A stretch of 64,000 bases of DNA from Octopus sinensis (lineage: Eukaryota). The position numbers and the translations under genes were made by a program. Shown in pieces: positions 1 through 13,589 of this stretch. Below the pieces are notes generated by a model that saw only the letters and a list, made by a program, of their open reading frames with translations, ran no database searches and was not told where the DNA came from. The stretch's first letter is position 1, and every line of letters starts with the position of its first letter. The stretch spans positions 5,642,001 to 5,706,000 of the forward strand of contig NC_042999.1 in the NCBI RefSeq assembly GCF_006345805.1. Reading direction: 5' to 3'.

Positions 1-300
1 TCTTGGAGTGGTCGGCGTTAGGAAGGGCATCCAGCTGTAGAAACACTGCCAGATCAAGACTGGAGCCTGGTGCAGCCATCTGGTTCGCCAGCCCTCAGTC
101 ATTCGTCCAACCCATGCTAGCATGGAAAGTGGACGTTAAACAATGATGATGTAAATTTTGATGTTTAACATGGAGGAAGATCAAGATATTGAGCTTTTTT
201 TTTTCCATTTCTGTTCTGGTTATGCAAATGAGCTTTGCCTTCACTAAATCTATTTATATTTTGTTGTTTACTAAACAAATTCTTTTGTGTTATTTTGTAG

Positions 301-368
301 GTTGTAAAAATGCTTTTAAAATTGCTTGAAGACAAAAATGGTGAAGTTCAGAACTTAGCTGTAAAATG
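301..368 (+). CDS. CAND1: CAND1 in-window exon 1
   Basis: ttttgtag|GTT; [22 protein letters not shown](C); TG|gtaaga. Confidence 0.95.
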
Positions 369-3300
369 GTAAGAGATATTGTTGTTATGGTTGTCATCAT
401 CATCATCATTACCACTAGCACCACCACCAACAACATCACCATTATCATCATCACTTCTGCTTTTCCTGTTTGCATGGGTTGGCTGGGTCTTCTCTAACAG
501 TATTTCATCATTTGTCATAATCTCTCTCTGCTGCTTGTTCCTTCTACGTTGATCGTTTATACCAGACATCATATATGTCTCTACCAGACAGTCTTCTCTC
601 TTACATGCCTTATCCGATTCCATTTTCACCAGATTTTCTCTCACTGGAGAAGATTGGAAGAAGTCCTTTCTGCAATATGGACACATTTATCTGAGTTTAT
701 GTTTCCCTCACACTCCACCAGCTCTGATTGAGCATTGCTCCAAATTGCTCCCCAGGCCATCACAGAATAGCTGCCATGTTTCATTGTTGGCTGCAATCTT
801 TTCATGTCAAATTCTTGATCACAGTCTCCAGACCCACACTTGACCACTGTCAGAAAATACTGCAAATCTGGACTCATCAGAGAATATGGTAGTAGCCACT
901 CTATCATTGCATTGGCCTAATCTTTTCTCCACTTGATATTGGCTGATTGAAGAAGTGGCTTCCTTCTTGCTGCTCTGCCAAGTTTGTGGAGATACCTGAC
1001 AGCTGTTCTGGGACTGACATCAACTTGTTCTGCTATGTCAGAAGCCTTGCAATGAGGATTATCCTCCACACTTCACTTAACAAAGCAAAGGTTCCTGTCA
1101 GAGGGCCCTGGTCGACCTGGGCAAAGTGATGCGGACTCCTTCCCCTCTCTGGTGAATTGCACAATCACCCTATTAACTGTAGAAAAAGGGACCCCAAAAT
1201 TTTCTGCAATTTTACACTGGCTAAGTCCACTTTCAGATTGACCTACAATAAAGCCTCTTTGAAATTTGGACAGTTCCAAGGCTTCTTTTGTATATGGCAT
1301 GATTAAACATAAAAACGTTCATTAATCATCATCATCATCATTTAACGTCCGCTTTCCATGCTAACATGGATTGGACGGTTCAACTGGGGTCTGGGAAGCC
1401 CGAAACCATTTGAAGTTAAAATAAACATAAAACAACGTTTTATGGGGGTGTCTATTTACTTCTATCACATCTGTATATATATATAACATGACCGCCTGAC
1501 TGGCCCTGTGCCAGTGGTATGTTAAAAAGCACCATCCGAACGTGGCTGATACCAGTACCTTCTGATTGGCCCCCGTGCCGGTGGCACATAGAAAGCACTA
1601 TCCAAACGTGATTGATGCCAGGCCCACCTGACTGGCTCCTGGACCACTGGCACATAAAAAGCACCCCCACTACACTCTTGGAGTGGTTGGCATTAGGAAG
1701 GGCATCCAGCTGTAGAAACTCTGCCAAATCAAGATTGGAGCCTGGTGCAGCCATCTGGCTTGCCAGTCCTCAGTCAAACCATCCAACCAATGCCAGCATG
1801 GAAACTCAAAGCAACTGTATTTCACACATAAAATTTAACCTAATGAACCCATTATTTTGCTATCCCTTTATTGCCCCACTTTTTACATGAACCACTACCC
1901 CATTATCATCCCACTTTTCTTCAATGCTCCCTTGGAACTTTCCACTGCCCCCAGGCAGGCAATACCTCCCAATTTGGGAACCATTGCCCTATAGGAACAG
2001 TGAGCTCAATGTTCCTTTCAATCTGGTGCATGACAATTTCTGCAGGGAAGACTTGAATTTGCAGAAGATTCCAGAGATCTGGGTGAGAAAGAACTCAGTA
2101 TAGTAGTTAGTGAGCAATTGAAATGGGTGAAATGATGGAAGAAGAAAGTAGGTTGGGGTACACTTCTCTAATCTGCTCTCCTAAATATTTTCAGCCCAAG
2201 TACATTTAATATGCAGCCCTATGTTCTTCAAGGAATCAAGAGGCTTAAGAAAATAGAGAAGAGATATTTTATATACCAGCAGTGATGGGCATAAATTTCA
2301 CCTAATTGTCAATAAACTTAGTATATTCATGCATACAGCTGTTATATGGTCTGTTTATCAGTGGTATCTGATGGCCAACTGTGACAAATCACATGACAAT
2401 GTAATGTTCTGCATGACAAATTAAGCCTACAAAATTGTTTCTCACAACTGCCTCATGGCTCACTGGAAATATTTTAACAACTCCACTAAATATGCTTTTT
2501 AGCATATTAATAAGATAATAACTATTAATTATACGTTCTCAGACTGAACTGTTTTGTAAATATGTTGTGTTGTATTTAATTACATGTTCCTTCCCTCTTT
2601 TAAAACTTGATGTGAATGAAGATAATCTTGACACAAATGGTTTCAAGTGTTTCATTGTTTTGTTGTAAATTATTATCTTTTTTAGTTCCACTTACAATTC
2701 ATTGGTAACTGTATCAATTTTCATTACTCTACACCATCATCATCGTTGTTTAACACCTGCTTTCCATGCTAGCATGGGTTGGACAGTTTGACTGAGAATC
2801 GGTAAGCTGGGAGGCTGCACCAGGCCCCAATCTGATTTGGCAAGGTTTCTACAGCTGGATCCCCTTCCTAACACCAACCTCTCCAAAAGTGTGGTGGGTG
2901 CCAGTCAGACAGCATTGGCATAGGCCACACTCGAATGGTGCTTTTTACATGCCACCTGCACAACTGCCAGCCAGGTGGCACTGGCATCAGCCACACTCAA
3001 ATGGTGTATCTTTTACGTGCCACCGACACAGATGCCAGTCAGGCGGCACTGGCATTGGCCATGCTCAAATGGTGCTTTTTAGAATTGAAGTCAATCATTA
3101 ATGTTTATTAATTAATAGCTCATCATCATCACATCATCATCAAACAGTTTCACAGGATCCACCAATCCTGAAAACTGCATCATGCTCCAAGTTTCATCTT
3201 CAGCATAGTTTCTTCGGCTGGCTGCCCTTCCTGAGTGCTTTTTTGCATAGCACCAGCACCAATGAGGTCACTGCAATGTGGACTACACCATAAAACTTGT

Positions 3301-6300
3301 TTTCACGATATCATGTATCCAAAGTAACACTGAAAGCATAATGGGTGGAGAAGTGATTGGCTTTTATAAATGATTTAACTTGCATTACATCTTGAGAATC
3401 TATTTCTTTCAGTATGGGTCCTTTGGTGAATAAGGTGAAGGAGTTTCAAGTTGAAACAATAGTGGATACCCTGTGCAGCAATATGTTATCAGAGAAAGAA
3501 CAACTGAGAGATATATCAAGTATAGGTAAGTATGTCTCTGTGGTACAGAAAGGAGCAAAGCTGGGAAAGCATTTCAGATCAGAAGGCTGCGTGTTCGAAT
3601 CACGTCGGGGGTCACCAATATAGTGGCGTTTGTTTCTGTGTTTGAATGTAGTCTCTGTGATACAGAAAGGAGCAAGGCTGGGAAAGCATTTCAGATCAGA
3701 AGGCTGTGTGTTCGAATCATGTCGGGGGTCACCAATATAGTGGCGTTTGTTTCTGTGTTTGAATGTAACTTGAGTAAAGTGTTGCCAAATAAATCCACAA
3801 TGTGGAAAGTCTATGAAACAGTTGCATCTGTGAGGCATTGAGAGAATACATCAGAAGGCTATGTTAGAACAAACGTCATAATTTATTTGGGTTGCAATAA
3901 GAGTAGAGAATTATACGTAGGAATGAAGGAAGGCCATTGAACTTACTGTTACACAAATGGGTAAAGGCATACCACAATAAAGGTAGTTTAACCCTTTCGT
4001 TACTGTATTTATTTTGAGATGCTCTGTGTTTCTTTCAATTAATTTTAAACGTAACAAAGAATTTAGTAAAATAACTTAGTTATCATTCAGCTAGTGTTAG
4101 GAACATAAATTGTGACTAAGGTTTGGTGGAAGATTTTTATTCAAAACTTATGAAAACAAGGCATTTGTACTCAGAGTCCGAGCCGGTTTCAGCCAGGTTG
4201 GTAACGAAAGGGTTAAACAGGCAGGTTCTGGCTATAGAGAATAACAGGATTTGATATGTGCGAGCTTAATGTAATCCTGAAGTTTATGGCATTGAGTCAG
4301 TGAAATAACTCAGCCATTCATGTTGAAGTATGCTTTTGGGTTGTGTCTTTCCACTGTCCCACTGAAAATAGCTGTACTCTTGTTGAAGTCTTCTGCTGGC
4401 TGACTAACTGGAACGGGATAACTTTTTGGATGGATGACATTGTATTTATAGCTACGCAACCAGCTCTGATTGGTTGCAGTTGACAACAAAATAGTGCTTC
4501 CTTGACTCACTACATCTCTCTATATATAAACGGCAAAATGTCTGTCTGTGTGTGTGTGTGTATCCTTTATACAAATCCACAATTTTTCAGTTAGAGGGCT
4601 CGCACTTTCTATGGTCATTCAAAACCATCCAAGGGTGGTCGTGCACATCTTTACATTTCCCCAGTCAGCCCACAAGGCCATTAAAAAATCAATAGAAGTG
4701 ACTTTTTTGTGAATTTTCTATCCAAAACCCGATCAAAATGCCCGAAACTTGATACGCCAATTGAATGCCAGCTAGCTGTATGTGATTGGTCAGAGATTTG
4801 GACAGTACTTGCGTGTATGTGCGCACACATGCAGCTGTATATGACCCGGCAATGCTGGGTCATAGTGCTAGTCTGCATTACTTTGTAATTTTTTTTTTTT
4901 TTTGCAATCTTCAAAGAGACTTGAAGGTAAATTAGGAAACCCTAGGATTGTACACTATTTATTATGAGGTCCGTTCAACAAATATTGGGACTGGTGCTAT
5001 AGAAGGAAAACTACAGCATACATCCATTCAGCATTTGATGTCCTTCAAAGTAGTCGCCTTCTGAGGCCCCATAATTTATGCAGTATTGTTTCTATCTTTT
5101 GGAAGCATTCCTGGAACTCCCTTTCTGCCTCATAGCATCCTCTTGGATTTCCTCAATGTCTTGAGATCTCATTTCTTTGAAGTGGGATTCCTGTCAACCC
5201 TTGTTTTTGGTGTCATAGCCATAGACCCACGATTTGCTACCTGTTAGGACTGTTTTCAAAAAGTTTGCATAATCTTCGACACGTTCAAGAAGATCCCATA
5301 CAGTTGAAACCAACCCTTCTTTTTGAGACGACCACACTCTACACTCTTTACTTTCAAGTTCTGCCATAAACAACAGGAGTGGGTGAGAATGTGTGACAGA
5401 GTTCAATCTCTGCCAAGTGGCTTCAATTTGTATTTGCTCCGTTACCATAGTAACAGTCTTGATACTTTTTGATCAGATCTTGTATTTTTATCTTTTATGT
5501 GTTTTGATCATTTCTTATTTTATCAGTCTTTTTTGCTGAACTAAGTTACAGGGGATGTAAACACCAACACTGGTTGGTTGTCTAGCAGTGATGGAAAACA
5601 AACACAGGCACAAACATGCATACATATTTTAAATGTCAGACGATTTTGTGAATACAATTTATTTGTGAATTAAGGTTACCATTGGTTTCATGTTAAGAAG
5701 AGTAGGAAAATATCCTTGTGTCTTTACAAATTTTCAAGCCAATCACATGGAGAAAGGTGTTTGCCTCTATTTTGGAAAACACCCCCATTTAGCTTGAACT
5801 AAACTTTTCTTTACATGAAACCAATGGTAGCTTTAATTCACAAATAACAAAGAAAAAATATATATATACTTATAAATTGAGGATATAATCATCAAAATGA
5901 TTATATCAGCGACTGGTGTATAAAAAAAAAGCCATATTGGTAAATCATCATTGGTAAAATTAATTTTTAAGTATATAATTATAGCTATATAATTAAGGGC
6001 ACTTGAATGCCAATGCTTATACACTACAAGTAGATGTCAAATGTATAGATAACAAGTTTAGAGTGGCTTGTACACATTTGACATCTACTTCCAGTGTATA
6101 GGTGCTGGCATTCCAGCACCCTTAATTATAATTATGTACTTAAAATATGTATATCTGGTTGGCCACATCTGCACCAATATATCTATTTTCATTGAGGACT
6201 GACTCTCATTAATAGTTACTGACTATAGGGGAATTAGTCTTAATATATTTAACGAGGTAGACATTAACTATTTAATTATCGATACTTATGCAGTGAGAGA

Positions 6301-9300
6301 CAAATGTTACTTTGTTTCAGCAAGTATTATTTTTAAATATGCTAATTTTTCTTGCCTACTTAGTGATTCTGACATCACTCGGTATATGTTGACAACATTG
6401 GTATATTTATGAGGTCTAATTAGACAGAAACATGCCTGGAGTTATCATTAAGCTAATGTTAGGAACATAAATTGTGACTAAGGTTTGGTGGAAGATTTTA
6501 ATTCAAAACTTATGAAAACAAGACATTTGTACTACAGAGCTAGAGGCAGTTTCAGCTGGGTTGGTAACAAAAGGGTTAATATTGAACAAAAATAATGGCA
6601 TTTCATTTTATTTAAATCTTTTCTGGAAAATATATTTATTTTTCAGGACTGAAAATTGTAATTAGTGAACTGCCTCCATCCTCTACTTCCCTCGCTGGTA
6701 GTATCTGTAAAAAAATTACAGGTCGATTAACCAGTGCCATTTCTAAAGTAAGTACTCTATTTTCCTTTCTGCTGCATTGCTCTGTTGCTTTATTTTTAGA
6801 GGACCTGTTAATTTTTTCCTTTTTCTATTTTATTCATCATTGTACACAACTCCAAGCTAAATAGAAACTCCATTATTTCCTCCCTAACAAAAAAGATAAA
6901 CCGGAAGTAAACACTGACACGGACGCCAGTCAGGCAGTGCTGGCATCTGCCACATTCGGACGGTGTTTTTTACGTGTCACCGGCGCCTTAACTACAATTT
7001 CCATTTGATTATACAATTCTGTATTTGTGAGGTGAAGAATTTGTATTATGTATATACTGTTTACTTTGGTTTGATTGATGTCCTCATCTCCACTGCTACA
7101 TTTCAGCTGTTGTATGCTCCAACCTTCTTGAAGTGTCTTGTCTTGAACTCTTTTATTGTATTGGAATTTCAAACCTAGCACTTTTTTAGATCCACAGGGT
7201 TGCGCTGTTCTCATTCTGCTCTCTGCATTTCGTGAAAGGATTAGATTTGAAATTCCAATACAACAACCAAGTTCAACACATGATACCTAAAGAAGGCTGG
7301 AGCATACTTCAGCCGAAATGTAGTGAAAGCAGCAATCAAGATGAGGACACCAGTCTGACTGATATAAACAGCATACATTGTTGACCTGTGTATAGCAACA
7401 TTCTGTTGTTATATACTGGGAGATGAGGTATCATGACTTAGGATGCATTGCTTATAATAAGCCCTCTTTTCATGGATAATACCCAACAAAACCCTTTATA
7501 ACAATAATTGTAAATCACTGAAAAGACTGGGCGTTGTGGGAGGTTAATTATAAAGAACTTTTAACAGGAGTGAAATCACATTTAATTAATATTAACAAAT
7601 TATATAACAGCATTTGCACAGGGAAAGGTAAATTATATTTGTCAAACAGGCTCCTCCATCATACAAGCAACATTGTTTATTTCCAGCCTTCCATTCAAAA
7701 AAAAAAAAAACATGTCCAGCCATGGGGAAATATTACCTTGCTTTGAAATAGGTGAGGTTTGGTAACAGGAAAAGTACCTGCTTATAGCAAACTTGCCTCA
7801 ACAGATTCTGTGTGAGCCATTTAAGCATAGGAAAGTTCACAAGTGGATGTTCACTAATTTTCATGTATGTAATGTATATTGAAGAAAAGTTTTCAAGAAA
7901 ACACAACTGCACAGAAAAAGGAAATTTAATATATTATAAATGTATCATAATCTAAATGTATTATTCTGTTGTTGTAATCTTGTTACTTGATTCTGTGTGT
8001 TGCAGGAAGATGTCTCTGTCCAGCTTGAAGCTTTAGACATTTTGGGAGATCTTCTCAGTAGATTTGGAGGTAATATATGATTTGTCTTTCTATGCAAAGA
8101 TCTAAATTTGGCTCAAAAGTAAGAAATCGTTTTCAGGTATAGATGTTTTTCTTCAGAAATAGGATGAGAAAAACAACTTCTATACAAGCAGTTCTTTATT
8201 CCTACTAGCCAGGTGGAAATCCAGTTGACAATAGCTCACTGAAGCATTAACACCTGAAATGGCAGAAATATTACAAATCCTCAATTTCCGTCTTCTTTAA
8301 ATGATTGGTTTCATATGTATATTTAACCATTGTGATACTAACCAGCCTGATACTGCCTGGTCAGTATTTCAGTAATGTAATCAGTTTAACCAACTTTCAG
8401 TTCTTGCCAACTGGTACTTACCAGCCTTGGTAGGATTTGAACACACACACCCTACAAGACTCTTAACTATACACTACTAGGCATTTTGTCTGCTACTCAA
8501 CATCATTACCATTGTACTCTTCATTGAGGTTGCCTCTCTAGATATTATTGACAAATGGTTTTGAAAATGTATGCATTTTTCAAATTGTAGAAAAACAATT
8601 TCATTTTTGCTCTGGCTTAACTCTTTTTTTTAATTACTCATCTCAGCCCCCAAACTGATAAATCTTGTTTTTCTTATCTGCAGTTGTCAAAAGGTGTGGC
8701 CATTTGTCACGTATTTGTTATTTTTAGTTAATAGAAGAGAATATATTTGACATCTGGAATAAAACAAAATTGCTTTAGGTTTGACTTTTGAGATATATTT
8801 CCAAAATAAATTTCTTTTTACTTTTAAGTTGCTTCAAAGAACAAAAATTTATTGTAGAGAATAATCAGGATACATTTGAATATTCAAATAAATTGTAATT
8901 TCTTCATTTAACGATAAAAATATTATCCAAATATTGGGTTGGTGCATAATTATTGCGGCTTTTTTTCAACAAATTTTTTTCAACAGAAACAATAACAACA
9001 TGTAACAAAAACATCTTTAAATGATTATTCCGGAGCCTATTCACCATCTACCTCAATTACTGCTTCCCATTTGCTTGGCAGACGGTCAGACTGTCATTTA
9101 AAGATCATCATCATCATCATCGTTTAACGTCCGCTTTCCATGATAGCATGGGTTGGACGATTTGACTGAGGTCTGGCGAACCAGATGGCTGCACCAAACT
9201 CCAATCTGATCTGGCAGAGTTTCTACAGCTGGATGCCCTTCCTAATGCCAACCACTCCGAGAGGGTAGTGGGTGCTTTTACGTGCCACCGGTACGAGGGC

Positions 9301-12300
9301 CAGTCAGATGGTACTGGCAACAGCCTTGTTCAAATGGTTTATTTTATGTGCCACCTGCACAGGAGCTAGTCCAGCGGCACTGGCAACGACCTCACTCGAA
9401 TGTTTTTTTCCTGTGCCACCAGCACAAGTGCTAGTAAGGCGACGCAGGTAACGATCACACTCGAATGGTGTTTTTAACATGCCATCGGCATGGAGGCCAG
9501 CTTGTTGCTCTGGCAACGACCTCACTCGTATGGTACTCTTAGCGCTCCACTAGCACGGCTGCCAGTCATCGAATTTGATTTCGATTTCATTTGCCTCGAC
9601 AAGTCTTTGCAAGTTTTTGTTAAATATTGTTATTGTTTTTGTTGAATAAAATGTGTTGGAAAAAAAGCTGCAATAATTATGCACTAACCCAATAGTTTGC
9701 ATAGATATGTGCAAATGTTTTCACTAAAGGATGGTGATACTAGAAGACGAAGCAATAATAGTTTTAATGTAATTAAAATAAATTATTATTTTATTATATT
9801 TTCAGGTTTACTAATCAACTTCCATTCCACCATTCTTCAGTCACTACTTCCCCAATTATCAAGTTCACGTCTTGCTGTACGAAAGAGAGCTATTGTTGCT
9901 ATTGGTGAATATAACATTTTGTCACTAATTTCATCACACACACACTACTTTTTGTTATTTGTGTATAATTTTCATATTTTGAAATGCTTTGAATTTGAAG
10001 TTCATAAAAAAGTGTTTCTTTTAATCATTTCCTAAAAACAGTTTTTTTTTTCTTATTGTTTTCTATTGTTTTATTTATTTATTTTTTTTCATTAGGCTAT
10101 CTTGTAATGAGCTGCAATAATGAATTGTATCAGGAGTTAATTAACTTCTTGTTAACTGAGCTAGAGAGAAATGGTTCTACCTCTACTACACGTACCTACA
10201 TACAGGCTGTTGGTGCCATCAGGTAATAAAACTTGTATTGTTATTGAAATACATATTTAATTGGTCAGTTTGTTTTTCTCGTATAGTATTCACAATACAA
10301 AATCGTATCCTGTTTCCTACTTAAGCCTCTCAAACCCGAACCCCTGTCTCTAACTTTACCCTCCACCTGGGCCCCTGAGCAAAAATAAAATAGACGCATA
10401 TACAGAGTAATAATTACAGGCAAACAAATGGACAGAATCAGTTGCACCTTCTTTTTGTATGTGTGTTGTTCATTACCCCTTTACTGGGAATCCAGCAGAG
10501 ATGACCTTCAAACTATTCCCTAAAACGGGAACATGGCACAACAGGGTTAAATTATTTCAATATTGTAAATAGAATTATGACCCTTCACTGTATATAGACT
10601 GTACAAAATAGTCTAATATCAGGGCATATAAGCCCCCATAAAGGAAAAAATGGGCATTAGCAATGCATCGGAATTCTTATTTTTGATTCTCATGTGTTCT
10701 GATACCCATTTTTTACCCCCATTATGACTGCTTTTTATGCCCTAATATTTAACTATTTTCTATAGTCAATACATGATGATACTCTTAGAGACCAGAGAAT
10801 ACTTCTGACTCCAACAATTACAAATTCTTTACAAAACCCAAGTTTGACCCCTAATTGCCTGTGATAGTGTTGTAGCCACCTATACAGATATCCTAGACTT
10901 CACTACAAAAATATGGCTGGAAAGCATGAAGTCAATCAAAACATCGTTGTGCCTTTATGCTGCACTGCATCACCTCTACTCCTCAGAGCTAGAACAAAAA
11001 TTCAACTCAGATTTTTACATACTCTCTGTTACTCGTTTCAGTCATGTGACTGTGGCCATGCTGGATCACCACCTTTAGTCGAGCAAATCGACCCCAGGAC
11101 TCATTCTTTGTAAGCCTAGTACTTATTCTATCAGTCTCTTTAGTCAAACCGCTAAGTTACGGAGACGTAAACACAATGTGGGGGGGGGGGCAAGCACAGA
11201 CACAAACATATATACACATATATACGACAGGCTTCTTTCAGTTTCCGTCTACCAAAATCCACTCACAAGGTTTTGGTTGGCCTGAAGCTATAAAAGAAGA
11301 CACTTGCCCAAGGTGCCACGCAGTAGGACTGAATCCGGAACCATGTGGTTCGTAAGCAAGCTACTTACCACACGGCCACTCCTACGCCTTTTATTTAATT
11401 ACCTTTATTGCAATGTTCCCAATGATATTGAATGAATTAAAGAATGTCTGTTTGTTTTTGAAATTAAAAGTCTACCATCGATTTATTTGTTGTACGTAGC
11501 CGCCAGTCTGGCCACAGATTTGGTGAATACCTTGATAAAATGGTTCCTTTGGTTGTTGGCTTCTGTCGAGAAGAAGATGATGAATTACGGGAATATTGCT
11601 TACAAGCTTTTGAATCTTTTGTACGCCGCTGCCCCAAAGAAATCACTCCTTTTGTGGATCAAGTAAGTATTTGTCACCTGAATGTTATATTATTTTTTCT
11701 TTTCTCCAGCCTCCCCTGGCACCTGTGCTGGTGGCACGTAAAAAGCACCATCTGTACGTGGCCGATGCCAGCGCTGCTTTGACTGGTTTCCATGCCGGTG
11801 GCACGTAAAAAGCACCAACCGATCGTGACTGTTTGCCAGCCTTGCCTGGCCCCTGTGCCGGTGGCACGTAAAAAGCACCCACTACACTCTCAGAGTGGTT
11901 GGTGTTAGGAAGGACATCCAGCTGTAGAAACACTGCCAAATCAAGACTGGAGCCTGGTGCAGCCTCCTGGCTTCCCAGATCCCGGTCGAACTGTCCAGCC
12001 CATGCCAGCATGGAAAGCGGACGTTAAACGATGATGATGATGAATTTCATTATTTTGTTAAGTTTTCTTCACTTGTCTTCATCATATGTCTCTTTTCCAT
12101 GCTGGCATGGATTGGACATTTGATAGGAGCTGGAGAGCTGCACCAGGCTACCCCAGTTGTCTGTTTTGGCATGGTTTCTGTGGCTGAATACCCTTCCTGA
12201 TGCCAAGCACTTTACAGAGTGTACTGGGTGCTTTTTATGTGACGCCAACATGGATACGTTTTACACGGCACTGCACAGGTTCTTTTTATGTGACACCTGC

Positions 12301-12678
12301 ACAGGTGCATTTTACATGGTGTTGGTACAGGTGATCTTTATGTGGTGCCAACACTAGTGGTTTTTTTTTTCATGTGACACTGGCATGGGTTTGCTTATTA
12401 CAGGGCACCAGCACAGGCGCATCTTACATAATGCTGGCATGGGTGCTTTTGACATGGTACTGGTACAACTGCTACTTACGTGACACTGGCACAAGTGCTT
12501 TTTGATTTTGAATTATGTAAACTGCAATTAATGTACATTATTTACATTCGACGGATATTTATCCTCATCTCGTTTGTTAACACAATGTTTTGGCTGATAT
12601 ACCAGCCTTCTTCAGGTGTCTTCGGGAAATTTTGAACCTGAGTTCTCATTTCTAAGGTATTTTTCGATGTTATTATTA

Positions 12679-12716
<38 letters not shown>

Positions 12717-13533
12717 TCACTGCTTAGAATCGAACTCGGAATCTTGGGGTTAGTAGCCCGCACTCTTAACCACTACGCCATATGCCCACGAGCATATGGC
12801 ATAGTGGTTAAATAATGTACATAATTCCTCATCTCTTAAATATAGAACTGCAGTTAATGTGTCTGAACTTTTGTAGAGGTGTATCAAGAAAAAGAATTTA
12901 AAAAAAAATATACTTCCAAATTGAAAATGTTGAATTCCTCCAACATAGTTAGCATAATGTAAATTGCATCAGCAAGGTAATTTAGCTCTCAGAGAAGAGT
13001 CATCATTATCATCATCGTTTAACATCTGTCCTCCATGCATGCATGGGTAGGACAGTTGATGGAAGCCAGCCAGGTAGAAAACCTACCCTAGGCTTCTCTG
13101 TCTGTTTTGGCAGGGTTTTTATGGCTGGATGTCCTTCCTAACACCAACCACTCTGCAGAGTGGGCTCATGCACAGGTGAGGTTAGTTTTGGCAAGGTTTT
13201 TACAGCTGGATGCCCTTCCAAATACCAACCACTTTACAGTGTATACTGGAAGCTTTTTACATGGCAGGGACACCAAGTAACTCACGAGACAGGTGGCACA
13301 TAAAAAGCACCATTTGAGCGTGGCCGTTGCCATTACCGCCTGATTGGCCGTCGTGCCGGTGGCACGTAAAAGCACCCACTACACTCTCGGAGTGGTTGGC
13401 GTTAGGAAGGGCATCCAGCTGTAGAAACTCTGCCAGATCAAGATTAGAGCCTGGTGCAGCCATCTGGTTTTGCCAGTCCTCAGTCAAAATCGTCCAACCC
13501 ATGCTAGCATGGAAAGCGGACGTTAAATGATGA

Positions 13534-13589
<56 letters not shown>

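Noticed and set aside
3574-3617. Functional UGA-suppressor or Sec tRNA (TCA at the anticodon position), or an LTR primer-binding site
   Set aside because: No 5' half, D-arm or anticodon stem; the match is far longer than a PBS and no LTR end is adjacent.
6406-6440. Hammerhead-like TTTATGA-GGTCT-aatt-AGACA-GAAACATGC
   Set aside because: Two core substitutions, no U16.1 and no stem I; too degenerate.
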